Shown here: one piece after another, positions 18,775-28,375 of the stretch | Layout: each line of letters opens with the position of its first letter | Position numbering within the stretch: position 1 is the first letter of the stretch | IMG/VR virus record: IMGVR_UViG_3300009008_000002 | From: a virus | Lineage: Duplodnaviria; Heunggongvirae; Uroviricota; Caudoviricetes | Direction: 5' to 3' (one strand) | Length of the DNA: 64,000 nucleotides | The notes under the pieces: model-generated | Databases searched by the model: none | What the model saw: only the letters and a program-made list of their open reading frames with translations | What the model was told of the DNA's origin: nothing | Made by a program: the position numbers and the translations under genes

Positions 18775-19353
18775 TTAGAATCTCCTACGTCGGCGGGTAT
18801 AACTACTGCCATACCGATAACTGCGCCTCTGTCCTGTGGGGTTATCGTGATCGTAGGGGTTCAAGTAGACGAATACACCGATACCAATACTAGCAAGCGT
18901 CACAAGGATGTAGGTAGTGACAACAGCCCATGTTGGTGGGTTCACTGTAAGGTAGCTAAACTCTGCATACTCTCGCCTTTCAAAGCGGTCGTAGCATTCT
19001 TTACCCATATAGGCCACAACTTCATTCAGATCAAGTGCCTTGCCGATTCTGCCGGTCACAAACGCTCGCACGTCCGCTTTCAGCTTCTCGTTTTTCGTCA
19101 TGGAAATCACGTAGGCCCACTTGATATTGTAAGCCTTATCCACACCGATGCAGAGTGTGAATTCATTTTTATTTCCGCCCTGCCAGTGCGATTCGTGGTC
19201 AATGGCATCTTGAACGCTGGTGCCTTCGCCAAACATCAAAATCCAAAGGCGTCCAGCCTTCAAATAATTCTTCTCAGGACCGGGGCGCGGGCCAATCAAG
19301 GCATTCCACCGCATCAACTCTTTCTCTATCAAATGCAAAAGCCCGTTAACCAT
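18775..19353 (-). pseudogene. C-terminal half of a split phage membrane protein
   Basis: WNALIG...LWILMF...WQGGNKNEF...FSYLTV plus C-terminal TM; track ATG lies inside a terminator hairpin; may still be translated from ATG 19314. Confidence 0.6.
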
Positions 19354-19371
19354 TGTTAACGGGTTTTTTTT
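19337..19371. terminator. Bidirectional terminator closing the inserted cassette
   Basis: AAAA-GCCCGTTAAC-CATT-GTTAACGGG-T8. Confidence 0.85.
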
Positions 19372-19373
19372 GA

Positions 19374-19841
19374 TTACATGTTGTTACGCATAAAACCTTT
19401 GGTCGCACCCTCAATTCCACCCCCACGACCTAGAGAATTTTGTTTCCAAAATTTAGGATTTTGATAATGAGTATCTGGCACATCGCTTCTAAATCCACCT
19501 TCTGGGTTTTGTCCATGTTTTCCTTGATAGAGTAATTTATCGGCTTGAGTTAAAACTCGATCCACATCTTGCATATCCACTACGCTACTATCTACATGCT
19601 TCATTCCTCTAGCTGCTGTAGTTAAATCTTTTAATAGTGATTTGTCTAATTGTTGAATCTGAATATTAGGAAAAGCTTTTTGTACTAATGCTCTATCAAT
19701 TGGTCCATTACTGCTCATTGCGCCAAATGCTCCTAATCCTATGGCACCACCCAGGGCAGCTTTTTTTGCCAAACCGCGCCAATCTACTTCGGCATATAAC
19801 TCAGGATCTCTCTCTTGCAACCATTCATTAAAAGCTAACAT
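19374..19841 (-). CDS. Late protein with capsid-targeting-like N-terminus
   Basis: MLAFNEWLQE; ATATATAG at 19860-19867; GGAGG RBS. Confidence 0.75.
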   Translation of the reverse strand: MLAFNEWLQERDPELYAEVDWRGLAKKAALGGAIGLGAFGAMSSNGPIDRALVQKAFPNIQIQQLDKSLLKDLTTAARGMKHVDSSVVDMQDVDRVLTQADKLLYQGKHGQNPEGGFRSDVPDTHYQNPKFWKQNSLGRGGGIEGATKGFMRNNM

Positions 19842-19909
19842 TTACATTTCCCTCCATCTCTATATATCAAAACCCCCATTTTTTATTCATTCGTTCTAAC
19901 CAACTTTGT

Positions 19910-20653
19910 TTAGACCTTTTGCTCAGCAGTTGCTTGAGTGGGACCACCTTGGCCCAGGATAACCGGGGTATTGTAATTATCATCCGGTTTCGGCAACTCG
20001 TAGAGAGTTTTAATTACATCCTCTGGCAATTCTGGGTATCGGAAAACACTGTGCGATGCCTGAATCCGGTTTTCATACCGTGAAGTCCAGGTGATAGGCT
20101 CAATAGACTTCCGTGAACCGGGCCACTGAACATGAAACATATCGCCTCGACCATCGGAACAATTGCATCTTTTGCCTTTTGGACAAGTCCACCCGTGTCG
20201 CTGATCAGAATGTCGCAAGTCGGTGTAAACTTCCGGTTTGCCCAACTCCCCCCAAGCAGACAGGATGCGATTGTATTCGCCTTGGGTAACTCGATAAGCC
20301 TTACCACCGTCTTTGATTTTATCCCAATGCTCTGGGTGGTGTTCTGTGCGAGTCTCGTAATGGCCGGGAACGTCAACCACGTAGTTGCCATCACTGTCTG
20401 TATGGCCTTGCTCTGGCACCCACTCTTCCCATTCACGGACATACTTCTCATGGTGTTCCACTTGAACAACCAGATCAGTACACCATTCGGTATCCGAAGT
20501 CTGACAGGTTTCAGTGCCGTATTTCATGCTGACAACGACTATGATGGTTGCCAGGAAAATGGCGGCTTCCCACCAAACCATCTTATCATGGAACATGAAA
20601 TACATTACTGCGATAGCTGCCAACGGGATTAGTAGGGCAAACCAGATAATCAT
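19910..20653 (-). CDS. N-terminal half of a split phage membrane protein
   Basis: Two N-terminal TMs; NRIQASHSVF motif; ends abruptly at AEQKV*. Confidence 0.65.
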   Translation of the reverse strand: MIIWFALLIPLAAIAVMYFMFHDKMVWWEAAIFLATIIVVVSMKYGTETCQTSDTEWCTDLVVQVEHHEKYVREWEEWVPEQGHTDSDGNYVVDVPGHYETRTEHHPEHWDKIKDGGKAYRVTQGEYNRILSAWGELGKPEVYTDLRHSDQRHGWTCPKGKRCNCSDGRGDMFHVQWPGSRKSIEPITWTSRYENRIQASHSVFRYPELPEDVIKTLYELPKPDDNYNTPVILGQGGPTQATAEQKV

Positions 20654-21636
20654 TTCAATTCCCTCTCTATTTTGGACTTCACGGCTTCTAATCGAGCTTC
20701 CACTTCCTCATGCAACTCTTTATCAGCTTGAGAAGCGGCTTCGATACGCTTGTGCAATTCGTCCCAGTCCAATTTTTTCCAATCTTCCACCGTATAGCCT
20801 TTGGCTTCCTCATAGACTGCCAAAAGTTTTGCACCGTATTGATCAGACATAGTTTTCAATTCGGCCAACTCAGTGTCTATTTCTTCTTTTTTGCCATCCA
20901 TTTTAATTGCATGTTTTTCAGCACGCCCCAGCAATGCCATCAATCCAATCAGAAGTGCCGCTACCGGATTCCAATACAACCAAAGGAAAGGACAGATAAT
21001 AAAAGTCGCAATCAGAGAAGCATTGCAAGCATAAGCTGTAGCTTTATTAACGTCGCCCGTAAGGCTAGTGATTGATGACCGCAATATCCTGCCGCCGTCC
21101 AGGGGGAAAATAGGCAGCATATTAAACAACCCGATGATGACATTTACTTCAAGGAACCATGTTGTCCAAAAGTTGGGATACATCATGGCAATAGGCCAAG
21201 CCAGCAAACCCATGATCACATTAGAACCGGGTCCAGCCACACCAATATAAAATTCGTGATAAGGTTTGTTGTAGAACTTACCTTCCAAATGCGCCATACC
21301 CGCCATCGGATAAATCTCAATTTTGGGAACCTTATACCCAAAATAAATTGCCACAATTGAATGGGCAAATTCATGGATCACAACAACTAGGTAAGCTAAA
21401 CCGATGATGCCAACTGTCTTCCAACCTCCCGCAAGGCCCAGAAACAAGAAGAAAATTATGAAGCTACGCCTGATCACGACGGGAACAAATAGCGGGATCG
21501 TAATGTGTGGAAATAATTTTGTAGGAAATTCGACAACCTTCAAGACTATCGAACCTTCCTTCAAAAACATGTGCGTTATGGCATAAATGCCAATCCAAAT
21601 TAAAAACAACCCCAAAAATAGCGTAGCTCCCATCAC
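20650..21636 (-). CDS. Site-2 protease (peptidase M50, SpoIVFB-like)
   Basis: HEFAH zinc motif, AGPGSN, NMLPIFPLDGG; multiple TMs. Confidence 0.9.
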   Translation of the reverse strand: MMGATLFLGLFLIWIGIYAITHMFLKEGSIVLKVVEFPTKLFPHITIPLFVPVVIRRSFIIFFLFLGLAGGWKTVGIIGLAYLVVVIHEFAHSIVAIYFGYKVPKIEIYPMAGMAHLEGKFYNKPYHEFYIGVAGPGSNVIMGLLAWPIAMMYPNFWTTWFLEVNVIIGLFNMLPIFPLDGGRILRSSITSLTGDVNKATAYACNASLIATFIICPFLWLYWNPVAALLIGLMALLGRAEKHAIKMDGKKEEIDTELAELKTMSDQYGAKLLAVYEEAKGYTVEDWKKLDWDELHKRIEAASQADKELHEEVEARLEAVKSKIERELK

Positions 21637-22037
21637 TCACCTTCCTTGTTTCTTTTGCGATCAGCCTCTATTGCCAACAACGCCTCATCACGCAGCGCCG
21701 TCAAGGCTTCATCTGGGTCCAATTCCACCACCCTAATGTCCTTTAGCGGGAAGTCACCATAAAGATTGCAGTTTTCTTCGGCATACTGTTCTGCACTCTC
21801 TCTGTTCATCCAGAATGAATATGCAGGACCACCAGACAAAGCATAGCCCAATCTTGGACTCCAACGCCACATGGCAGGCTTGCAGGTGTGATATAAAATA
21901 TCATCGTTCGCCCCCGTGCGAACAACGATAATATAAAACCTGTGGTTTTGTCGATGCCATTCTATTTGTTCATAGGTGCGAGAAATGTCTTCGTGATGGC
22001 CGACATGATTCTCTTCGTCAGGATTTCGTTCCCACAT
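21633..22037 (-). CDS. Hypothetical protein
   Basis: GAGG RBS. Confidence 0.7.
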   Translation of the reverse strand: MWERNPDEENHVGHHEDISRTYEQIEWHRQNHRFYIIVVRTGANDDILYHTCKPAMWRWSPRLGYALSGGPAYSFWMNRESAEQYAEENCNLYGDFPLKDIRVVELDPDEALTALRDEALLAIEADRKRNKEGE

Positions 22038-22056
22038 TTAATCATCCTCTTACATC

Positions 22057-22095
22057 AAAGCCCCCGCCGCCCCCACGGTGGGGACGACAGGGGCT
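22057..22095 (-). terminator. Intrinsic terminator
   Basis: GC-rich extended hairpin followed by TTT. Confidence 0.65.
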
Positions 22096-22124
22096 AGGAA
22101 AGCAAACGAACCCTTGACTGGGGG

Positions 22125-22772
22125 TTACTCTTCGGTCTTGGGCACCGGACTGTTGAACAGGTCAATGTCGTTCTCTTCGCCGGTTTCCACCATAATCTGC
22201 GTGTCCCGTGACGTGACGTAGACGTAGGTGTATTCAACCGGATAATCGAGCGGCGGGCCACCAGAAGTCACGGAATGACCGCGTTTATAAAACTTCTTGT
22301 TGTCGCCAAAGGTGGCCAGAATAAAACCACTGACCGGCCTTTCAATCAGGCTGTTTCGCTCACGGTCAAGGTCAACGAGCGCCTGTTGGTCGCGTTTGAA
22401 CACCTTACGTTCCGCTTCCACCGATACCATGATTTCTTTGTAGAGACTCGCAACCTCAGCTTGTCCGAGATCCGGGTGGTTTTCCGTCACCATCTTGAAC
22501 AACGCACCGCCTGAACGGCCCGCAACCAGATCCTCGTAGACCTTGTTCATATCTTTGATTTCGGCAGTAGCCTTCTCGGAAATCTGTGCCTTCTGCTTGA
22601 TCGTCTTCCACATGGTATCAAGCGTGGCTTCGTTCGCCGTGCTTTTGGCCTGGACTGCCACTCGCAAATCGGCTTCACTGTTGAGCGTGCCAAGGACACA
22701 GCCGCCCATACCAAGGACCAAAAGAACACCAAGGCCGACAACGGCCAACAAAGTAGCTTTCGCTGGGGTCAT
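22125..22772 (-). CDS. Single-TM coiled-coil protein (LemA-like)
   Basis: N-terminal TM then amphipathic helices; AAGGAG RBS. Confidence 0.6.
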   Translation of the reverse strand: MTPAKATLLAVVGLGVLLVLGMGGCVLGTLNSEADLRVAVQAKSTANEATLDTMWKTIKQKAQISEKATAEIKDMNKVYEDLVAGRSGGALFKMVTENHPDLGQAEVASLYKEIMVSVEAERKVFKRDQQALVDLDRERNSLIERPVSGFILATFGDNKKFYKRGHSVTSGGPPLDYPVEYTYVYVTSRDTQIMVETGEENDIDLFNSPVPKTEE

Positions 22773-22826
22773 AAGATACTCCTTCCAATGTGTTACACGG
22801 TTTGGGTTTGTTCAACGCTTCTTCTA

Positions 22827-23558
22827 CTACAATTTTGAAACCAACTCAATCCCATCTCGATTTTGAGATTCAGCAGTCCAATACTCCATCTGCTTTTTGA
22901 ATTGTTCGGCCATTTCTGGGGGTGTTTCTACTTTTCCTTCACCTATACAAACCCCCCACGGATCAGTCGCACCAGGAAGCAACTCTGCATCCTGAAACAT
23001 CCACTCTACAAATGCACGGTGCTTTGCACCCATAAATCTGTAGTTTAAAATTGAAATGGCTGGGTCAAGGAACGCCATAGATAAATAGGGGCGCTCACCC
23101 TGCTCAAAAATGCAATGCCGTTTTATTGCACTTGCGGGGATTAGACCCTGATAGGCACAATTGCCCATGTGTTCTATGCTATCTGTCCACAAGTCTCGCC
23201 AGTTTTCTAAGTTATCACGAACGTAGTCATGGCAATCCTCTAGCGTCATTTTCTCTTGTTGCGCCATCGCTTGTGCTATAAAGTCTTCGTCGGGAAAGAA
23301 CAAATCTTGGTCTAAATCATCCGACTCGATTTCAAACACCACCGGATGAAATTTCTGATCATCACGATCTGAGGTTTCACCGGCTGCACAAATGGCAAAA
23401 TAGAAAGGATAGGCAACAGTCAAGTAGGTCAAATCCCCTCGACTGGGGTATGTTTGCCAATTTCCTTGTTTGCCGTCCAATTGCTCGTCTCTCGGTTTTA
23501 TTCCGTCTGATAAAACCGTGTCGAGATAGCACGTTGATGTTCCATGATAAAGTTTCAT
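22827..23558 (-). CDS. ADP-ribosyltransferase-fold protein (PARP/KptA-like)
   Basis: LYHGTS...GIKP...TYLT...YFA...VVFEI signature. Confidence 0.6.
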   Translation of the reverse strand: MKLYHGTSTCYLDTVLSDGIKPRDEQLDGKQGNWQTYPSRGDLTYLTVAYPFYFAICAAGETSDRDDQKFHPVVFEIESDDLDQDLFFPDEDFIAQAMAQQEKMTLEDCHDYVRDNLENWRDLWTDSIEHMGNCAYQGLIPASAIKRHCIFEQGERPYLSMAFLDPAISILNYRFMGAKHRAFVEWMFQDAELLPGATDPWGVCIGEGKVETPPEMAEQFKKQMEYWTAESQNRDGIELVSKL

Positions 23559-23577
23559 GCGGCTACAAAGCCCAATT

Positions 23578-23865
23578 TTAGTCCACCATCCATCCAGACC
23601 GCACCATTTCTTCCACTGAAATGAACTTTTCCTTATGGCAGTTTTCTAAATTCTCTGAGTTGATTTCATGTATACCCAAGAGAAAGACCACAGGCGTAGG
23701 TCGTCTCGTCTGAGGGTCCAATGCCACGAAACCATGTCTCGGACCCTCGCCTCTACCCTGATCATATATTTTCACAGGGCAGATTGCGCCCATCGGCCAT
23801 TGGCGAGGGTCATTTAAAAAAGCAGTATCCTCTGCCATCCATTCGTCGTTACGCATCCTTGCCAT
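23578..23865 (-). CDS. Hypothetical protein
   Basis: GAGG RBS. Confidence 0.7.
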   Translation of the reverse strand: MARMRNDEWMAEDTAFLNDPRQWPMGAICPVKIYDQGRGEGPRHGFVALDPQTRRPTPVVFLLGIHEINSENLENCHKEKFISVEEMVRSGWMVD

Positions 23866-24313
23866 CCTCGGAATCAGGATCGTCTGCCGGGTCTACCTTG
23901 TCCTGATTACCAAGGCTAATGGCTGGCTCTGATTCGAGAGCGGATTCTTCGGAATCAGGTTCAACTTGCTGTTCCGCCTCTGGTGCTGGCTTCGTGGCTT
24001 TGCTGAAATTCACCAGGAACGCCAACGCTGGGTTCGCCTCAACAAATTGTTTCACCTCTTCGTGATCTTCGCCGTGGGCCGCAATCAACCGCGACAACTC
24101 CATTGCGGCGTCACCATCAAAAGCGGGTTTCTTTTTGGGCATTTTAGTTTGAATCCATGCCCAGGTGCCGGGAACCCACCAGCTAAACAGAGTCTTGTAG
24201 ACTGTTCCCCACGTTTCCTTGCGAATGGTGGGCGAAATAGCATACATGATTGCATAGACAAACGCCGTAATGCACAGGGCGTTTCCAAGCCACGACAGAA
24301 TTGCAGTAATCAT
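23849..24313 (-). CDS. Membrane-anchored protein with acidic tail
   Basis: N-terminal TM. Confidence 0.7.
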   Translation of the reverse strand: MITAILSWLGNALCITAFVYAIMYAISPTIRKETWGTVYKTLFSWWVPGTWAWIQTKMPKKKPAFDGDAAMELSRLIAAHGEDHEEVKQFVEANPALAFLVNFSKATKPAPEAEQQVEPDSEESALESEPAISLGNQDKVDPADDPDSEDGKDA

Positions 24314-24323
24314 TCAGTGTCTC

Positions 24324-25226
24324 CTATTCTTCCGAGTAACGGTCTGAGAGCCAGTCTTCCCACATTTTATCTTCTTCATCCGTGAGAACAAAATCCAAGT
24401 CCAATATCGCCTGTTTTAAATCTCTGAAACCCTGTTCAGATTCATCGAATCTCACGATTTCAAAAGGCGACATATCAAGACGGAACATGGCCCAATTATC
24501 CGGCCACTCAGGAGGACAATCAGGATGTTCGTGTATTTCATCCCTATCCAAAGTTTTAATGTCTTGTCGCCCGAAGAACTTGTGGCGTTCATCCCGATGA
24601 GGGTCGTCTTGTTTTAAATATTCGAGCAAAGCCTGAGCATCAGGAATGTCTTCGATTTTAGTCATGCCACCACTGTCAACATGACCAAATATCTCAGTAA
24701 TTCGTCCCGCCTCAAAAAATTCTCGCAAACGGCAATGTGTAGAAGCGCCATGCTCAGGGTGTCGTTTCCAGAATTCTCCCTCTCCATCTTGGCTCAACAT
24801 ACACGTTGCACCTACTCTGGATATGACGCCAAATTCGGTGTAGCCTTGCGCGTGGAGTATTTTATTATTGACCATATCCACGACAACCTGCCCATACTCT
24901 GACGGACAGAGGAACGTATGTTGTGCATAAACGGGTGTCATATTGTGTTGGAACCCGTCATTTTGTGGCATGTATTGGTAGCGACTGCCACCTTCTTTTG
25001 CAGCACGGGCTTCCGCTTCTTCGCACATCTTTAAATATGCTTCACCATTCAGTGCCCAATCCTCGCGGAAGTCATTCCAAGTTTTCAAATAGTCTTGGAT
25101 ATGTTCGGGTTTTTTCTCAACCAAGTCGATATTATCAACGAACCACGGCATCGCATTTGTCCATCGGTCCATTCGATGTTCTTTGCCATCAGGTTCTCGA
25201 ATTGTGACTGCCAGATTTCCACCCAT
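24324..25226 (-). CDS. Hypothetical protein
   Basis: GGGAG RBS; long ORF. Confidence 0.8.
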   Translation of the reverse strand: MGGNLAVTIREPDGKEHRMDRWTNAMPWFVDNIDLVEKKPEHIQDYLKTWNDFREDWALNGEAYLKMCEEAEARAAKEGGSRYQYMPQNDGFQHNMTPVYAQHTFLCPSEYGQVVVDMVNNKILHAQGYTEFGVISRVGATCMLSQDGEGEFWKRHPEHGASTHCRLREFFEAGRITEIFGHVDSGGMTKIEDIPDAQALLEYLKQDDPHRDERHKFFGRQDIKTLDRDEIHEHPDCPPEWPDNWAMFRLDMSPFEIVRFDESEQGFRDLKQAILDLDFVLTDEEDKMWEDWLSDRYSEE

Positions 25227-25256
25227 AATGGTCTCCCTGTGAATTCAATCCCAATT

Positions 25257-26012
25257 TTAGTCCTTGTCCTTGAAGGGCGGAAACCCTTCATGCCATATTT
25301 CACTTATTTCCTCAATGGACGGAGGATCGTCATCCTCACGGTCCTTTGCGATTTCTTCAAATTCGTTAATGTTCATACAACGTATCTCTATGTCGTCGCT
25401 ATCCTCATCCAAGAAAGCAGCTTCCCACAAATTACAAAACCTGCCTTCTTTTTTAATATCACCCTCTTCGGTTGTAGAGTCAATCACTCTCCACTCAGCA
25501 AGCACAGGTTCAAAATCTTCAAAGTTTTCTGGATCTGTGCTTTCATCCCAAGGGTCATATTCTGGACGACAAATAGGCGAAGTTGCCCAAAGTTCACCAC
25601 CGGCATAACTGTATTGCATCATCACGATTTCGAGCCGATCAGGATGGCAACTTGGCATGACATATTGGCTCATTGCCTTCTCATAGGATTCTGCCGTTGC
25701 GGCTTCCAGTGACCAAGCCTCAGTGCAAAAACAGACAGCCTCAGCCCCTTCACGAATCAACTGTTTCATAAGGCGAGCTACCATGTCTTTTTCAGATTGA
25801 GAAGACATTTCAGCGATGAAAATTAAATCCACTCGCTCGGCGGTAACTCTTACAAGGTGTGGAGGAATGTTATGGGTGCGTCTGAAAGAACTCTCTGTTG
25901 ATTCTTTAATCTGATTGAACGTTTTTAGATGTTCTTCGTATTCCACAGGTCGGACCCTTATTTGCTGCTGTGTGCGGTGGTGGCGTTGGATCGCTACCCA
26001 TTTGATGCCCAT
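25257..26012 (-). CDS. Hypothetical protein (start uncertain)
   Basis: Long acidic ORF; 5' end overlapped by 25906..26412. Confidence 0.7.
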   Translation of the reverse strand: MGIKWVAIQRHHRTQQQIRVRPVEYEEHLKTFNQIKESTESSFRRTHNIPPHLVRVTAERVDLIFIAEMSSQSEKDMVARLMKQLIREGAEAVCFCTEAWSLEAATAESYEKAMSQYVMPSCHPDRLEIVMMQYSYAGGELWATSPICRPEYDPWDESTDPENFEDFEPVLAEWRVIDSTTEEGDIKKEGRFCNLWEAAFLDEDSDDIEIRCMNINEFEEIAKDREDDDPPSIEEISEIWHEGFPPFKDKD

Positions 26013-26412
26013 TCACCATAGGTCCATCTAAAATCAATGGTTCGGTGTGCGATTTTCCAACTCCCATTCTCACCAAGTCTAAGTTTTTGGCAACTCCAAT
26101 GCTTGAACCACTATCCGACTTATGTTCCCACGATTCATCATTCGGAATTGTTGTTGAAAACGGTGAAACATATTTCCAGTTTAAAATATCAGGGTCGATA
26201 TTGTAGAGTGGTCTTCCTATCTGTTCCCCTCGTTTCCATCGCCATTGCATCCACCAAAAGTATTTCGGAGTAGCAACGTCAATTGGATAATCACCGGCTT
26301 CTGTGGGATATATTAAATCCCAAGCACAGCCATTATCGCTCTCGCCACCACCTACGAAACCCTCTTGTCCGTGGTTGCCTTCCTCATTTAAAAGCCACTC
26401 TTTGAATTCCAT
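25906..26412 (-). CDS. Late protein with capsid-targeting-like N-terminus
   Basis: MEFKEWLLNEE; CTAAATA 5 nt before ATG. Confidence 0.7.
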   Translation of the reverse strand: MEFKEWLLNEEGNHGQEGFVGGGESDNGCAWDLIYPTEAGDYPIDVATPKYFWWMQWRWKRGEQIGRPLYNIDPDILNWKYVSPFSTTIPNDESWEHKSDSGSSIGVAKNLDLVRMGVGKSHTEPLILDGPMVNGHQMGSDPTPPPHTAANKGPTCGIRRTSKNVQSD

Positions 26413-26420
26413 AGCTGTAT

Positions 26421-26933
26421 TTAGCTATGTTCATCCACAAAATCTACCCATAACTGAGGAACAGGAATTTGGAGATCATTTAAAACGTCAATCCAAATGC
26501 CCGGTTCCTTATATGTGTATTCGTCAAAGTATTTCTCTGGTGTCCTATCTTCCTCAATCCCAGCACCGTATGTTTCAATAAAATCATCCCTTCTACCCTG
26601 TAGGTCGATAAGTGCTATCACTTTATCTCTGGTAGGGATGATTCCCGCCGTCACTCGTTGTTCAAGTTGTGCATTATGTTCTGCCTGATCAACAGCATCA
26701 GCAATGTAATTATGGGGTCTGATTGCAACCTCACCGTCAATCACGTCGCCCCATTTTGTAAACAAATGAGGGAATTCAGCGAAAAACCGACCGTCCGCAA
26801 TGACAACAACGCCTTCACTGGCAACGTAGACACCATCCTCAATGTCAACATCATCCCCAATTTTGAAATGGCGCATCTCTGAACAATCACCCACCTTTAA
26901 CTGCACATTGCCGTATGTGTTGTAGACGCCCAT
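26421..26933 (-). CDS. Hypothetical protein
   Basis: ATG 26933 in a TGATG overlap. Confidence 0.7.
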   Translation of the reverse strand: MGVYNTYGNVQLKVGDCSEMRHFKIGDDVDIEDGVYVASEGVVVIADGRFFAEFPHLFTKWGDVIDGEVAIRPHNYIADAVDQAEHNAQLEQRVTAGIIPTRDKVIALIDLQGRRDDFIETYGAGIEEDRTPEKYFDEYTYKEPGIWIDVLNDLQIPVPQLWVDFVDEHS

Positions 26934-27067
26934 CAAAAGTCCCTCTGAAAAAAGAACAGCCCGGCCAACCACAAAACAGCCGCATAAACACCCAAAGGGA
27001 TGCTCAATTTAATTACGGCTATAACTGTAATCACCAAAGCCGCAATCAACACTGGTAATTTAAACAT
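26933..27067 (-). CDS. 44-aa two-TM membrane protein
   Basis: Hand-translated MFKLPVLIAALVITVIAV...; TGATG overlaps at both ends. Confidence 0.6.
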   Translation of the reverse strand: MFKLPVLIAALVITVIAVIKLSIPLGVYAAVLWLAGLFFFQRDF

Positions 27068-28041
27068 CAGACTCCCCTATGTCGTCTGAATGGCCGTCTA
27101 TCCCAGACCCAAAGCCATGCGCCCCATGTCTTTTGCCACACCTTTTTAACAACATTCCAGTTTGCTGGAACAACACTACCAGGACAAACGAATCTCACCG
27201 AGCAATTCCTGCAATGTGCTGGAATAATACCGATTATATTTTTAGCGCCTCTTATCCTTGGTCTTTGTCTGGCGTCGTCTACGCTTACTGCATTTTCACC
27301 AAAGTGGGTTTGCCACTTACCCCAATGAACATTAAACATTCCAATAAAACTGGAAAAGGATCTCCCATCAATACTAATTAAATCCAAAACTTCTTGTTCT
27401 GAATTTGGTCGCTTAGATATTTCACCCCAGTAACGGTAGCTTCCAAAGGTTCTCTCTCTGACTTTTTGGCCCCAACTCAAATCGGCATTAAATTCTGTTT
27501 GCCAATACATCTGGACCGCAGCATCTATATTCAAGCCGTGTGAACCACACACTCGCCCCCAAGCAGGCCCATCATAATCTCTAGGACTTTCGTGCCAAGT
27601 ATTCCCGAAAGGGCAAAAATACACTCGGTCATCAAGACTTTTAATAGGAGCCTTTGCCACCGCAACATAAAGCGATCCACCAAACAAAGCGAAAATCATG
27701 TAGGGTGTTTGGATTAATTTATCTCGCCCCTTATACACAATAGTTCGGCGGGCGGGCCGATATTCTCGCACAACCTCGCCTATGCCCTGCACGCTCATTA
27801 ACGTTCGGTATTGTTTGTTGCCATTCTCCCGCGCTGTTTGCACCGCTTCTCGCATCGCTTTTTTCACTGTAAGCGATGGCAAAGAATCAACCGCAGCTTG
27901 CAATGCTTCGGCAAGCGAAGATTCAGCTTTCTTTTTCTTCTTCTTTTTCTTTTTCTTCTTTACGTGAACGCCGCATAATTCATTTTCTTTTGCTTTATTT
28001 TTGCAACGCTTGCCAGATTTCGTTATAGCCGAACACTGCAT
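27067..28041 (-). CDS. Zn-knuckle plus prokaryotic E2-like protein
   Basis: QCSAITKSGKRCKN...CGVH; poly-Lys; PYMIF...PFGN...GRVC...YWQTEFNADL. Confidence 0.5.
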   Translation of the reverse strand: MQCSAITKSGKRCKNKAKENELCGVHVKKKKKKKKKKKAESSLAEALQAAVDSLPSLTVKKAMREAVQTARENGNKQYRTLMSVQGIGEVVREYRPARRTIVYKGRDKLIQTPYMIFALFGGSLYVAVAKAPIKSLDDRVYFCPFGNTWHESPRDYDGPAWGRVCGSHGLNIDAAVQMYWQTEFNADLSWGQKVRERTFGSYRYWGEISKRPNSEQEVLDLISIDGRSFSSFIGMFNVHWGKWQTHFGENAVSVDDARQRPRIRGAKNIIGIIPAHCRNCSVRFVCPGSVVPANWNVVKKVWQKTWGAWLWVWDRRPFRRHRGV

Positions 28042-28047
28042 GGTTTC

Positions 28048-28347
28048 TCATCCGTAATAAGAGCATATCCCGTCGTCCCCCTCTGGCGGTTCGCATTTTA
28101 CGAACTTACCTTCATCGACGGTCCCCAGCCAATTATAAAACCATCGCTTGCCGATAGAGTCAGGATAAAGTCCCCATTCTAACTCTTCGACTACGACGTA
28201 AGGATACCACCCATTTTCGTAAATATCGCCCCAGTTTTCTGTGCAACACTGTTGGGCTTCTTCTAATTTTGGGAAGCAACCCACAAGTCGGGACCGATGC
28301 TCACCCTCATTTAAATTGAGGGTTGTAACTGCGTAATACTTGTCCAT
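28048..28347 (-). CDS. Conserved phage hypothetical protein
   Basis: DIYExxxYPYVVVEE motif. Confidence 0.7.
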   Translation of the reverse strand: MDKYYAVTTLNLNEGEHRSRLVGCFPKLEEAQQCCTENWGDIYENGWYPYVVVEELEWGLYPDSIGKRWFYNWLGTVDEGKFVKCEPPEGDDGICSYYG

Positions 28348-28375
28348 TCAACCAACTGTTGATTCGGGGTTAGCC

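Noticed and set aside
19318-19914. Group I or II intron explanation for the split gene
   Set aside because: Only about 70 and 55 nt flank the inner ORF, these are taken up by promoter and terminator, and no intron core or maturase/endonuclease motifs are present
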